A stretch of 64,000 nt of DNA from Anthoceros angustus (lineage: Eukaryota > Plantae > Anthocerotophyta): the NCBI GenBank assembly GCA_010909165.1, contig VJWM01000116.1:620001-684000 (forward strand), written 5' to 3'. The notes under the pieces are model-generated. The model saw only the letters and a list, made by a program, of their open reading frames with translations, was not told where the DNA came from and did no database searches. This document shows positions 13,282-25,699 of this stretch, piece by piece. Position numbers and translations under genes: made by a program. Position 1 is the first letter of the stretch; every line of letters starts with the position of its first letter.

Positions 13282-13888
13282 TTTGTTCTAGCATGGAATC
13301 TGTCGTGCTTGGTCGGAGCAATGGCTACAGTATTGTCATAGCGCAGAATGGTAGGGTCACCTTGTGGGTGACCAAGGTCTTCGAGAAGCTACCTACAATG
13401 CAAAACTTCTTTGCCTTCCTTTGACATAGCACCGCATTCACTCTCGGTGCTCGATTTGGAAATGGTAGCAACCTTCTTGCTTGACCATGATACGGCTGAG
13501 CCTCCCAAGGTGAAGACATAAGCTGCAACACTTCGTCGGGCGTCAAGGTCGGATGCCTAGTTAGCATTTGACCAGTCCTCGAAGTTGAGCACTCCATTGC
13601 TTGACCTCTTGTAGGTGATTCCATGATGGGTTTTTCCCTTCAAGTACTTGTAAATCCTTTTGACATACATCCAATGTGGCCTACCACGGTTGGCCATGAA
13701 TTGTACAACACTCGAGGCAGCATACAATATGTCGTAGCGTGTCCAGCCATGTAGTAGACTGAGGAGCCGACCGCACTTATGTAGGGCACTTTGCCATGTC
13801 CTCTTTCTCTTCTTTGGTTGTGGGGTAGTCCTCTGGGGTGATCTTAACTCCCACTAGGAATGGAGTGGGTGCAGGACATGTGTGGGCT
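13282..13888 (-). pseudogene. Ty1/Copia reverse transcriptase C-terminus and RNase H fragment
   Basis: Minus strand reads MAKVPYISAVGS...DILYAASSVVQFMANRGRPHWMYVKRIYKYLKG, then D.DARRSVAAYVFTLGGSAVSWSSKK...SSTESE...YDN..AI...FHARTK, with in-frame stops. Confidence 0.92.
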
Positions 13889-13889
13889 A

Positions 13890-16800
13890 CGGACTTCCCT
13901 TGGGGGTTAGGAAATAAGTGGGGTTTTGTTTTTTTCGTAGGTCCGAAGAATAAAATAAGGCGGAAAAGGAGGAATAAGCGAGAATGATTACTCGGTGCCT
14001 GAGTATACTCCGGACTCGGATTGGGTAACGGACCTTGGTACCACTACTGACTACAATTGCCTTAGGGAGTATCGGGATAAGTCCGGACCCCACTCCGGGT
14101 CAAAGCAGGATAAATACGAGAAAGTAATTTAGAAGTTGAGTCGTGAGAGTGAGCGGCGCCCATGGGCGCCACAGTGGAGGTCGGGCATCATGAGCCAGGC
14201 CGTAGCCTTGCAGGCCGTTATAGCAGTATTCACGCCCGCGGATCACGCGGCGTAAGGCGGGTCTGTGGCGTAAGGTCGAGTAAGCCATGCGGACCTGGCG
14301 ATTACTGGACAGAAGAGCACCCTCGCCCATATTGCTAGCGCGGCCGAAGAGAGGTTTCTGCATGCGACCTCGACAATTCGCGGTCTCTTGCGCTGCAACC
14401 CGGCCCTCTGGCTATCTCTTGAGCGTCGGGCATCTTGGCGGCTCACCGTTGGGGTTGGAGCGTGCCCGAAGAGGCGCATCGTGCCGGCGATCTCGGGCAA
14501 TCGTCTGACGGCGAAAAGGAAGAAGCGATGGGACCCAAAGGCTGCGGAGGTATGGGAGAACCATGGCGCAACAGTAACGGCTATCCGGACTTTGGGCGGC
14601 TGGAGGCGGGAGGATTAGTCGAAGAGTGGCACTTAGGCGTGTTCGGGTACGGGCGTTTGTGATGTCACACAGTCAGGAGTTCGCCGGAAGATGTTGGCAA
14701 GGAGGTTCGTCCAAGAACCTCGGGAGGATCGAGGAGGTGGACCTTGGAGGTGTCTGAGGCGGCTTACAAGCGGAGGAGGTTGAGGCGTGGTCAGGCCCCT
14801 CAAGGCGAGGAAGATAGAAGGCAAGGCGGCGATCTTTGAAGCCGGGCAATGAAGACCGGTGGTTGATGCGGACCCAGGCGGAAGGGTGAGGCGTGCCGGA
14901 TCATTGTCCATGGAACTTGCTCACCAAGGTGGATCACCTTGGTGATAATTATTAGTGTTCTGCACGCATGCGTTGCGAGGCAAGGCGGGTGGAAGGATCA
15001 TCTTCGCAGGGTTCGGAGGCCTGTGAGGAGGCCAGCCTGTCCGGACTATGCATCCATGTATGGGGACATTACGACCTCTGAAGGATGGGGAGGTAGAGCT
15101 CGGAAGGGTTGGCGGCCCTACGAGGCGGAGGCGGCAAGGCGCAGGGTGAGGCCCGACCCCTAGGGCCAAGCAGGTCGGGAGGAGGGCAGGAGGGATCAGG
15201 ACTCCATCGTGCAGGCGGACCCCTCACCACCTAGGGAAGTGTGGGAAGATATCCCCGCTTCCCTCCTCTTCTTGGGGCGGCCCGGTCTGAGGAGAGCCCG
15301 GCTCAGCAACCCGGCCACTGGCGGAGGAGGCCCGGCGAACTCGCCGGGCAAGGCGGAAGGCGGTGCCACCCCATGCGGCCTCGGGTGCACTGCCTTGCCC
15401 TTGCAGGTAGCAAGAGGCGGTGAGAAGCGAGAAAGGGCGCTCAAGGAGGCGGGGAGGGCAGCAACCCAGGCCGGTCACATCGGCCGGGAGGCAAGGGTGG
15501 CTCGAACCCCCTCACCTCAGGGCCCCCCAGAAGAGAGGCGAATAGGGTGGCCAAGAGGGCCAAGGAGGTGAAGCTCCGGACCTCGGCAATCGGGACCTAA
15601 GGGACTGAGGTCGTCCGGAGAACCAGTCCGGACTTGCTCCTGCAGTATCAGAGGTCCTTGACCGTGAGATGCCCTCCTCTGGACTTTTGGGGCCTCACGA
15701 TTGGCGGCCGTGGAAGAGACCACAGGCGGGTCAGCACCGTCATGGGACGGTATGCTCAGGGTCTCTGGGACAGAGACCCGGGAAGTAGAAGCCACGGAGG
15801 CGCATGGTGCTCCTCCGAGGAGCAATTGGAGGCGGCCGAGGCGAGGAGGAAGGCAGCTCTCGAAGGAAGCGGAGGCGAAGGGAGTCTGGTCCATTAACGG
15901 ACTAAATTCTTCAGTGGGTGGCGGTGAGGCGAGCCTGAGGCCCAGCGGGTGAGACCTCTGCGGGCGGAGGGGTAGCGGAGGCGAGAGGAGGCCGGGCATA
16001 GCGAAGAAGGCTCGCGACGGCGGTGGACGGCCTGGTGGCCAGTGAAGGCGAGGAGGCGGGGCGTGCTAAGGCAACCGCGATCACTATCGGCGTGATCGGG
16101 CCGGTGGAGGAGGAGGCGGCGAGGATATGCGGCTAACACGAGGCGGAGGCGGCGGAGGCAGTGCGGCCGGCCATGCAGAGAGAAGAAGCCGCGAGGAGAT
16201 GGAGGATCTCCGGACTCGATTCGTGAGTGGAGCAACGGCGGGGAGATGGAAGGCGCAAGAGACCACAGGCTGCGGCTCAAGTTACCATTGAGCGGAATGG
16301 TGTCTGCGGGCGTGATCACGGATCACGAGCGAGATAAGCGGCTCCGGCTCTGTTGGGCAGACGGAGGAGGTAAGGCGATGGAGCAAGGAGGCGGGGCGTC
16401 GCGAAATGGAGGACTGGGCGAAACACGGCAGCGAGTTGCCCGGCCGTCTGGAGAGGAGATGGCGGAGCTAAGGCCGAGATGAGCAGGGGGAGGCGGAAAC
16501 CTTGGGCCTTGAGAAAAGCTGCTGGTCGATTAAGGAAGGCGGAAGGGGCTGCGCTATGGCGGAGTAAATGGCGGAGGCGGAAGCAGCGGGCTGGAGGCGG
16601 GCAACAGTGATTGCGAGGAGGTGGCCAGGCGGCCCTTGTGGCCTCGCTTCGGCCCGGCTCCGGTGACAGAACTGGCGAGGAGATGGTCAGCAAGCGGACG
16701 GCCGCTCGGCTCCGGAGCACCAATGGCGAAGGAGTATCGGGTGCTCGGGCACATGTGGAAGAGGCAATCCGACAAATTGACTCGGATTTTGCCTACTACC

Positions 16801-18600
16801 GAGCTCCTTAAGGCATTGGAAGCCTCTCGGCGCCCGCTACAAACGGACGGACCCGGAAGGCTCGAGAAGGGATGAAGGGCATGGGGACAGGGACCCTAGT
16901 GGCCTGTTTGGAGGCAGCAGTGAGGGAGAAGAGCCTCGGGAGGAGGCGGGGCCAGCCAAGCCTGGCGGACCTCGGGGTAAGTCCGCACGCTCGGGAGGAT
17001 AGGCGGGGCCACGAAGGCGGAAGGAGGAAGCAGGCCAAGACAAGGGTGGGTGGGTAGGGATGAGGGCCTAGCGGTGGAGGTCCCATGAGATAAAGTCGGA
17101 GCTTGGGGCCGGACCCGTGTAATAAGTTCGGACCACGAGGTCCGGAGATGAGCCGGACCCGTGACCGGACTCGAAATAAAGCGAGACTCAGTTCGGACTC
17201 GGGTCGAGGCCGGACCCCGGTGGGACTCGGGAAGCAGGTCCCTCAGGCTTATTTGAGGCGGTCGTCGGTGGCCCTAGGGAGGGACCCTTTGGGGGCAGGG
17301 GGAACGTTGTGTCGGTCGTCGGGCCGCCCGATGTGGCGGGATTAGGGAAGAGGAAGGGGTCCGCCTCGCGGATCATCCGATTAGGTGCGCATGGCCGGGA
17401 CGGAGATTGGACCACCTGTCTAGGCAGGAACCGGGACCTTCCGAGGCCACGGAAGGAGATAGGAGGGAGGAATAGGATGGTAGGCGATTAGGCGTCTTGG
17501 TGCCACCGGCTCGAATAGGGTAATAAAGGCACTTGGGCGTAGTATAAGAGAAATTTGAGGTCTCTGAATAAATCATCTTCTCTTGGTGTTGATGCGTTTC
17601 TTGCGGACCCTGTGTGTCTTCATGCTAACGTGAGTCCACGAGTCAACGCGCGGCCGGCTCGAGAGGCGATCAAGGTCCTCAGTGACGGACCCCTAGCGTG
17701 TGGTGGTGTGTGCGGGGAGGCGGGGACCGTGTTCGTCAGGCGGCCCGGCAGCCGACGGGCCGGGCAGTGAGGAGGAACTCGGGAGGTGTCTGAGCCAGGC
17801 GGAGGCCCGGTTGAGCACGGAGGAGGTCCGGATTGTGTAGCCGCCACTTGCGTTCTTTTCAAGGTTGATGGCGTGGTGAGTGATGAGAGGCGGACTAAAG
17901 GCAGTGACGTGCAGGGAGCAATCTGACGCACGGTCCTTAAGCGTTTAGCCTCACCTTGGGCTTTGAAGCGTTAGAGTAGTTAGGCGCAAAGCGACGATTG
18001 CGTGTGTGTTAAAGTTGAGCGGACGCCAAGTAAGGTGAGAATCGTGAAGCAAGCGGCGGAGCTTATCTTCTCTGAGAGCGGACTCTTACTACAGCGACAC
18101 TGCAGGATTATGCGGCGGTGGCGTCAGCGAAAGTCGCGCCACAACATGCATCTGATAGCTTAAACCTATCCAAGATCTCGAGTACATGGATTGAAGAAGA
18201 GTTCAATGTACTCGAGTTACTTGGATTGAAGAAGAGTTAGTGTACCAGCCTCCCTTATCTCGAAGGATTTGAACTCCGAGGCAGAATCCAAGAGGTCCTA
18301 AGTCTCTCATTTTAAATCGTGGCCGGATGACTGGCGTGGCACTTATGCTCCAAAGAGCTGGAGTGCGCCGGACGTCCGTCGCACTTATACTCCAAAGAGG
18401 TGCAGTGGGTTTGGAGAGGGTTAATCATTTTCAGCATGTAAACACTTTCGTTTGCTGTTGCCTATGCACACTTGCCACCGCAACAACACTCACCTCAATT
18501 CTCTTTTCAAACCCCATGATTCGTGAGCAATCCTGCAATGGCGAGCATACCTTCTGACCTATCCCTCTGCTTCGAGATAAGCCGCACTTAGATCTACAGC
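13890..18600. mobile_element. Unclassified GC-rich insertion, possibly an accessory region of a Gypsy-type retroelement
   Basis: Interrupts the Copia pol order. Broken Glu/Ala/Arg-rich coiled-coil-like frames on + (15700-16900), repeated GGAC(C/T)CG motifs, and a 34-bp tandem duplication near 18177-18245. No RT, integrase or recombinase motif recognised. Confidence 0.3.
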
Positions 18601-19044
18601 ATTAGGCCCACCAAAGCATAGCCCTTTAGAAAATTGCCAACAATATTTAAGTAGTACTCCGGCTCAAGATCCAAGAATCAATAGGGTGTGGCCCCGTCTG
18701 TGTTTTTGTAGAATGCATAGAGGGCTGTCATTTTTATATGTTTATTACAACCAAAAACTTTTACTTTCAAGTGGTGGAACACAATGAAAACAATCCTGTA
18801 CTAGCGGGAGTCTCATTTCAGTGGTCGTGAGAACATTGCAACAAACAAACTGCTAAAGGAGGAAGTGGTCATCAGGATCGACAATAGTCATTCAAGAGTG
18901 CGGCCGAGTGACTCATCTATGCTCTTAGCGCAATCTGAGTCAAGGACCACCACCAAATTCAAGGCGGTCCATATCCTCTCAAAGCCGCTATTCTCCTCCA
19001 ATGCTTGCTCGTATTCATTAGTATAATTCTTGAGGCTTGAGGTG

Positions 19045-19233
19045 TCATTGCCACACAACATTTAGGGTCTGCTGATCCTCGTCCAAAAGCTCGCCAATCG
19101 TGGTCTTCAACCTTCTGGCACTCAATGCAACCACTTGGGCTTTAAGGGCGAGAATTGGACAAGGTAAAAGATGGTGAGGCCTCCTCAACCTTTCTTGATC
19201 AAACTCTTCAGAGCTTATATTTCTTCTTGTCAA
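19045..19233 (-). pseudogene. Remnant (copy D) of the ParB-MTase gene C-terminus
   Basis: LKAQVVALSARR...GELLDEDQQTLNVVW matches copy C LKAQVVSLSAGR...SELLEDGQQTLDDVW (about 29390-29480). Confidence 0.6.
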
Positions 19234-19889
19234 GTCCGTACCGCTTTCAATCTTAGTCTACCCATGGGTGGCACATGGTGCAAGTCAGATCTTAAATTCA
19301 AAATCTCCTAGCGAAGCTTGGCTGTAGTTTGTCTCTGAACACCTAGCTGCGCCACACACATTGTGGAAGGCGTGTTGGATATAAACCGTCGTCCTTCGAG
19401 CCTCACCGAAATACTCGCCATTTGGTCAAAATCTCCATTAGGGCCATTTTCGGATACTCATTTGGCTCTCACTAGGGGTTTCGCAGTGGCAGGGAGAGAT
19501 GTTTATATTCGATTGCATCAAGCGGCTTCATTACTCAAGGATAAATCATCTATTCTATTTATTTTCTTGCTTCTCGCAAAATATTATGAAATATTATGTC
19601 TTCAAGCAGTTGGCCATTAGAAACCACCATCATACATGTCGAATTTTGGAAAATGAAGCTCATCTAGAAACCAAGGCCCATGCATCTATACATGCATCAA
19701 ACTCGAATGAGTGAACATTTTGGGCGCAATCGAAAAGATCGGTTGAAGTTATCGGCGGCACATAGAAAGTAAGGCCGAAAAGGTTTTCCATGTTGTATAC
19801 AAAGCGAATGTGGGAACATGACATCAACCAACAAATGATTTTCAAAAATAATATTCATGACTTTACGCCTAGATACCGGGATGATTTAC

Positions 19890-20499
19890 AAATTTTACCT
19901 GACTGAAACGAGGTTCTTGCCTACCTTTGGCACATAGAGCACAATTGTGAGGGTGATGATACCACCAGTCTTGCATGCTAGGGTGATAGTACCAGTGCCA
20001 CACACCCCAGCAGACTAGTTGTCGGCCATATAGATCAGCCCTCCTTCAGGTAATGGTCTGTAGGTTGAGAAGCAAGAACGGTCCTTGCAGATATGTGTAG
20101 AGGCGCCGTTGTCCAGGTACCATGACGAACAACTGCCATTGCCCATGGAGAGGGCAGCGATGAGAATTGTTGGTGCCCTCTGCACGACGTGAGCACTTTG
20201 GGGACCCTGTCTTCTTGGCTCCCCAGCTTGCTTGCCCCTACACTCTCATTCGAAGTGTACGGGACGCTGACACCAATGAAATTTTCCTTTCCGCCGAGGT
20301 TTAGAAGGTGCGGAGGAGGCTGACCCGTCGCCTGTCTTTCGCATACCTTGCCAATTCTTGTTTCTTGGATTCTTTGAATTCCTTTGACCAGGCTTGGAAG
20401 TGAATAACGCCTACGCGGGTGATACATTCTTGGAGGAAACTCTAGGGGAATCCTCCTCAATAAGAGCGATGATGGCCTCTGAGAGTGTCATGAATTCTC
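19890..20499 (-). pseudogene. Ty1/Copia gag C-terminus and aspartic protease fragment
   Basis: Minus strand reads EFMTLSEAIIALIEE, then WYLDNGASTHICKDRSCF...VCGTGTITL...VLYVPKVGKNLVSV. Confidence 0.9.
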
Positions 20500-20532
20500 A
20501 ACACCATATATCTTCAAGAGGGGGAATTTACA
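20500..20532 (+). repeat. Left terminal inverted repeat of copy C
   Basis: AACACCATATATCTTCAAGAGGGGGAATTTACA, preceded by TCTC. Confidence 0.92.
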
Positions 20533-21336
20533 TGATGGGGGTTTTCTTGAAAATATGCGCCAAAGGGGGTTACACATGGGTCTCAAAACGACGAATAGCA
20601 GGTTTTGGTGAAAGAACCACAAAAAAACAGGGTGTCCCATACACGTTGTCCCCCTTTTACAAAATGGGTACACGCCGTGGAAGGGTGCTCGAAATCCTTT
20701 ACCCATATGATGAAGGCAAATTAAGACCCACCGTCTTGCTAATGGGGAAAGGATGCCTGAACCTAGATTTGGGTCCGCACGGAAGAAAGTACGGTTGGCA
20801 TGCAAAACCCATAGTCTTCGCAAATTGCTTTGATGTCAAGGGTTTGGCAAAGGGTAGAGGTCATGCGATCGGGTCAAACCGACCGTATGCTTGGGGTTGG
20901 AGACAGTGGGCCGGCCGCCGCCTGCCTGTCTATGGAGGTCACGCCACGATTCTTGCCTCCGCAGCACCACAAATTGAAGAACAAACACCACCTACGGATC
21001 GAAGATGGTTGGGATCGCAACAACGCCTATCTATCATCCTCGACAAATTTGTCCAGCTATGGACAACACGCCACTATAATCTTGGGGCAGATAACCGCCC
21101 AAACACATACTTAATTTATTGCAAACCACATATACGGATACACGGTATTGTATTGCATTGAGGTGGTAATGGACCAAAAGCCAAACATGATTCACGCCGC
21201 TTACCCTAACAAAGGCTCGGACAAGGAGTAGGAATTTAGACCGGTGAAGCTAGAACCCTATATTTATCTCATGCGGAACCATTGCCTCCTCTCCCAATTC
21301 CTTCTCCATGGAAGCACGTTTACTCATCTCCGGAGG

Positions 21337-24300
21337 TCACTCCGTCATCGCCGCCGGACTGCCCCGCACCATGGTCATCACTATCCTCGGGGTACTTTCG
21401 GATGTCTGAATAAACCCACGCAATTCATTCAACTTATCCTTTATCGCTTTCTTGTCAACAACATATAAATGTTTTCGAGCATTCAAGACGAATCCATAAT
21501 AAAGGATTACCGTTGCGTTCACAAAGACTGTTGAATATTTTTGGTATACAAGGATTTGCTTCCTTTCTTCCCTACCTTGAAGCCATGTTCGGTACCGCCT
21601 AATTATATATTCCTCAACATATCTTCCCTCATATGCATCCGTATGCTCGGTCATATACCAATGAACGAGGAAGTGAGGTTTGGGCGACTCCAACTTCACA
21701 TCTATGACCTTTCCAATCCAAAATGGTCTCACATTGTGTGTCTCATGAACACGGACGCTATGAACATTCCTTTATTGATCTCCTAATATCGCCATTCAAA
21801 CGTGTCATATCTTCTTGTTGCTTGCCCAAATTTCTATATGCCCCCAAATACATATCGCGTTGTGGAAGTTCGCGCAGTAGCCGCTCAAAGAAAGCCGCAT
21901 CGGGCATGCATAAGGGCACTCAAGCGCCGCCCACTCTCGAAAACCACTTCCATGGTCGCGTAACCAACCCGATATGGTTGTCCACAATTACAGAATTTCT
22001 TCTGGTCAACCTAACTCCTCCCACCATGTGTACTCTTCCGCGTAACGTAAGGCCGGAGTCTGATAACCCTCGCTTCAAGTAAGCAACGCCTGCGTGAGAC
22101 AAGCGGCCTTTTTATCTCTAGCCCGCATAAGGCTAACAGGAGCAGGATTATCCTCCTGTGGCACAAACTTCAAAACTCCAAGCCTCCTTCGTTTCCCTCA
22201 AATATGTTGAGTAATCGCTTACTCCGATTCCACGACCGGCTTCCTGTTATCTTGAATTGATGCCGAACGATGATTATTCAATTTACTCACACAATACGCC
22301 CGCCCATCCCCGTCTTATTGGCCATACATACTTAAGTCGGGAACTTCCAAGATCTTCACCTCCGGCCTTGGAGTGTACGCTCCTCGATAATAGTTGCCAA
22401 TGCGGCGAGTGTGCGCTTCCTTGTGTTTCAAGCTTTTAGAGAAGCATGAAAACATCCGATCAATTTGATCATGGGTGTGCCCAACTAGCGAAGCCCACCT
22501 TCACTTTCTCAAATGTTCCATGTCTACCAACATGTTGAGATACGCAAAGAGTAGTTGGTTCTTGTTCTCCGGCAAGTGTTGTCCAAATTGTAAGTACAAC
22601 ACTTTAGGCACCCCATCATAATTGTGGATAACATCTTGAATGATGTTTATAGTCAAATTAGCGTCATTGCGGAGGTTGGCATAATGCAAATATGCCCTTG
22701 CTTTGTGAGTGTAATTGTGAATCATGCACCCCACAACGCAATCGAAATACATTCTTCATCCAAATTCGCCACCGCAAGAAATGCTAAGCTCTGCTTTCTT
22801 GGTCCATTCCATCGATGGCCAATAACATATATTTGTGGGGCTCCACGTAGCTCTTGCTGCGATGCTTTGTCATCTTCGCGCCACAGTACCGATCTCGATG
22901 GGCATCTAAGGCTGCGATATTTTTCTCGCAAACAATTGGTGTTAAAAGTGCTAGACATTCATGTGCATTGCGTATATAGGATCATTGCATCATGTCATCT
23001 GCGACTTTGGTGAAAGGCGCCGGCTCACGGGCGTCATCCTCATACCACTCCGCGGGCTATCCACTAACACCGCAAACCGCCACCACCTGACACCCGCATC
23101 TTGGTGGGAGATGAGAGGCGCCGGCCCGCCGCGCCTCTATCCGGAGGCGCCTCGACAAAGCCGATGTTCACTGCCGGCCATACCTCTTACTATGGAGTGC
23201 AATGCCATGAGGAGCATGGAAAACGTTCCTTCTTACTACCCTAACCTTCCCGACACACCTTTACCTTCCCACCCAAAGCTTCCTAGGTTGGCCAAGACAC
23301 TTCCTCCTCTTCCCTACACCGGGACGCCTCTTCCATAGAATGCACAAGCTGCGTAAACCCCGAGAGGTGCTAAGAGGAGTGGGCCACGCCCACTCATTGG
23401 TCGAACTCGACATGGTAGCCTACTTCAATGAGCACGTCCCTTTCAACATGCCACACTCAAATTACAGAACACGATGTACTAACCACCTCAAGACATGGAG
23501 AGTGTGCAGCCATAACAAAGGACATAGAAGGACACATAATGTACTCACCGAAAGGATTCGGAGAATACCTTGGTCGACTTTAGTGTGTTTCTAATTGTCG
23601 CTTTTAACTCAAGCGAGCACGGAGAACCTGTTGGACTTTGGAATCTTCACCGCTAAAGTTCTCCTCCAAAGTTTCAAAACCAAGCATAGGTGACAAACCG
23701 TTGATGGAACCCTCACATTGCCGCTTATATTTTGCCCAAATTTGAACTTTGTAAATGTGTCCGGAAGATTGAACACATCAACATTGGGGAGCCTTTCCGC
23801 CATGAACAGAATGCGCTGTCCATCCACGCGATTGCACCTCGCGATATGTAGACATGTTAGGGTTTGCTCTAAAGCCATCCCACTGCATGTGCAATAACCC
23901 TTCTTCAGCCTCCTCATACCTACTATGGCCAATGCAATATACCTGCGAAGGCTCGAGGCAGATCGATGACCGACCCCATAGATGAGTCACAACTTTATCA
24001 TTGTGGCCACGCGATCGACGTGAACAAGAGATTCCAAATGTCTCTCGCCTGCCCGCCCATTCAGAAACGTATCTCGCCTCGCAACCTTTCTATAGTCAAT
24101 TTCGAACACACATTTGGTTGCAACAGGCTTGGAAATCAAGAGACGCAGCCCCGCATTTCCTCATCGCACACCACCGGCCTTTTGACTTGAAACAAGAGCC
24201 TTTGTTGCTATCAAGCTTTCGCTCAATGGCTTGGGATGGTATGATTGCGGGCATGTCCACTCTGTTTGAAAGACGCCATCCTCCTCGTCGAAGTCACCGA

Positions 24301-25200
24301 CCGCCTGGAGGATACCTTTCCCACTCATCCATAGTAGGAAATAAGTCGCCTCAATGCTTGAGGCCCTCCTACTGGCGAGCAGTGTCCACTACTTTGTGCA
24401 TTCTCATGCAATGACGGGCTCCTATCTAAGGCGGCATACAAATTGAGGTTTTCTGTCCGAGGCACACCCCAATGATGGTGAAGATGAACCTGCGCCCATT
24501 GTGGCCACCATCGAACGAGCTGCAAATGCAAAGATTGGTATGTAGGAACGGAATTCAAGCAAGTAGGAATGACGCCTGATTCTCTCCTGGTTATACCTTC
24601 GGAATGCGTCCTTTTGGGAAGGCAGAGGTCCACACACCACATGCCGAGACCGTATTTGAGGCACGCTTAGTATCCTCCTCCTTTGTGCAACGCCCTCCTT
24701 GCGTTGTCTTGAATTGCGAATGCCGTCGCAAGACAAGCTCCGGAGGCGATGCACCCGACGGATGGAATAGAGTCCACAAGATCTAAAGAAGCCCAAAACT
24801 CGGCAAATTGAGAACAGGACAATCCATACCTCATCTCCATCCAAAGGATGAGTAGCATTCAACATGTTTGTGAAGGGTGGTAAACGAGCGACGACCTCAA
24901 GTGTCGGGTCAGGAACGAAACCCTTGCCGAGTGCAAGGTTAAGGCAAACTTGGGTCAATCATTCGGGACAAATGGACGTTAATAGCGTATCGCTTAGATA
25001 TGCGGCTTATGGGACAAGGAATGGCGGCTTTAACTACATTGCATTTATGCTCGGCATCCCACATGGAATGATTGTGGCGAATGGGGATTTTGATTACCAT
25101 GATGGTGATACTTGTGGTACTCCTACTTTGGTTTGGTGGAACTTGCTGCGAATGAAAAATAGTTCTACCTGCTCCATCCATACATACGAGTTTTCGAGCT
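21337..25200 (-). pseudogene. Sola-like (DUF7869-type) DDD transposase of copy C (frameshifts may be sequencing errors)
   Basis: ERLPNVDVFNLPDTFTK...KLWRRT.AVKIPKSNRFS; MLLAIDGMDQ (22798-22828); VVGCMIHN...DANLTINII...LYLQ(LDN)..ENKNQ; KVKVGF.LVGHTHDQIDRMFS (22459-22482); C-terminal RPFWIGKVIDV..FLVHWY. The 5' end is approximate. Confidence 0.8.
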
Positions 25201-25699
25201 GTGGTTAGGTTTTGCTGGTACCTTCATGTGGATACGCTGGACATGATGTTTGAGCATCCTTTCAACCCTAATGTCGATGGGGTTATTATTGCCCTAGGGA
25301 AGAAACAGGATTATCTCTTTTACTGGAGCAAATCAGTGTTTGTAAGTCGAGGTGTGCATCGAGACACCGTCTCGAAGGGAACACTTCACCAAGAGTGCGC
25401 CCTCCTGTGACGAGCGCCAAGGTCGAGCGTTGCGCCAGACCGCAGCCAGACTATCCGCCTGTGAAGCCGGAGCAATTGCGCACGCCATCGCCGCCACGCC
25501 CTCCCTTGCCAACATCCTCTAATCCAAGGTCGACACGGGTTTTGCTCTTCCATCTTCCACCTCTCGAGCAAGAATTGCGGTCGTCATCTGGTTTGGGTGG
25601 CCTTCCAGATGGCAATGGGTCGCAGGAGCAAGAAGGACCAGGCGATAGAATCGATCACCCCGACCCCTCTGTAAGGTGAGGAGATCAAAAGCGCTGTGG

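Noticed and set aside
14560-14618. GATVTAIRTLGGW resembling a tyrosine recombinase C-terminus (DIRS)
   Set aside because: No upstream R or HxxR motifs, no catalytic Tyr, and no RT nearby.
20394-21161. 255-aa ORF on +
   Set aside because: It crosses the Copia/TIR junction into subterminal sequence, with no motifs.
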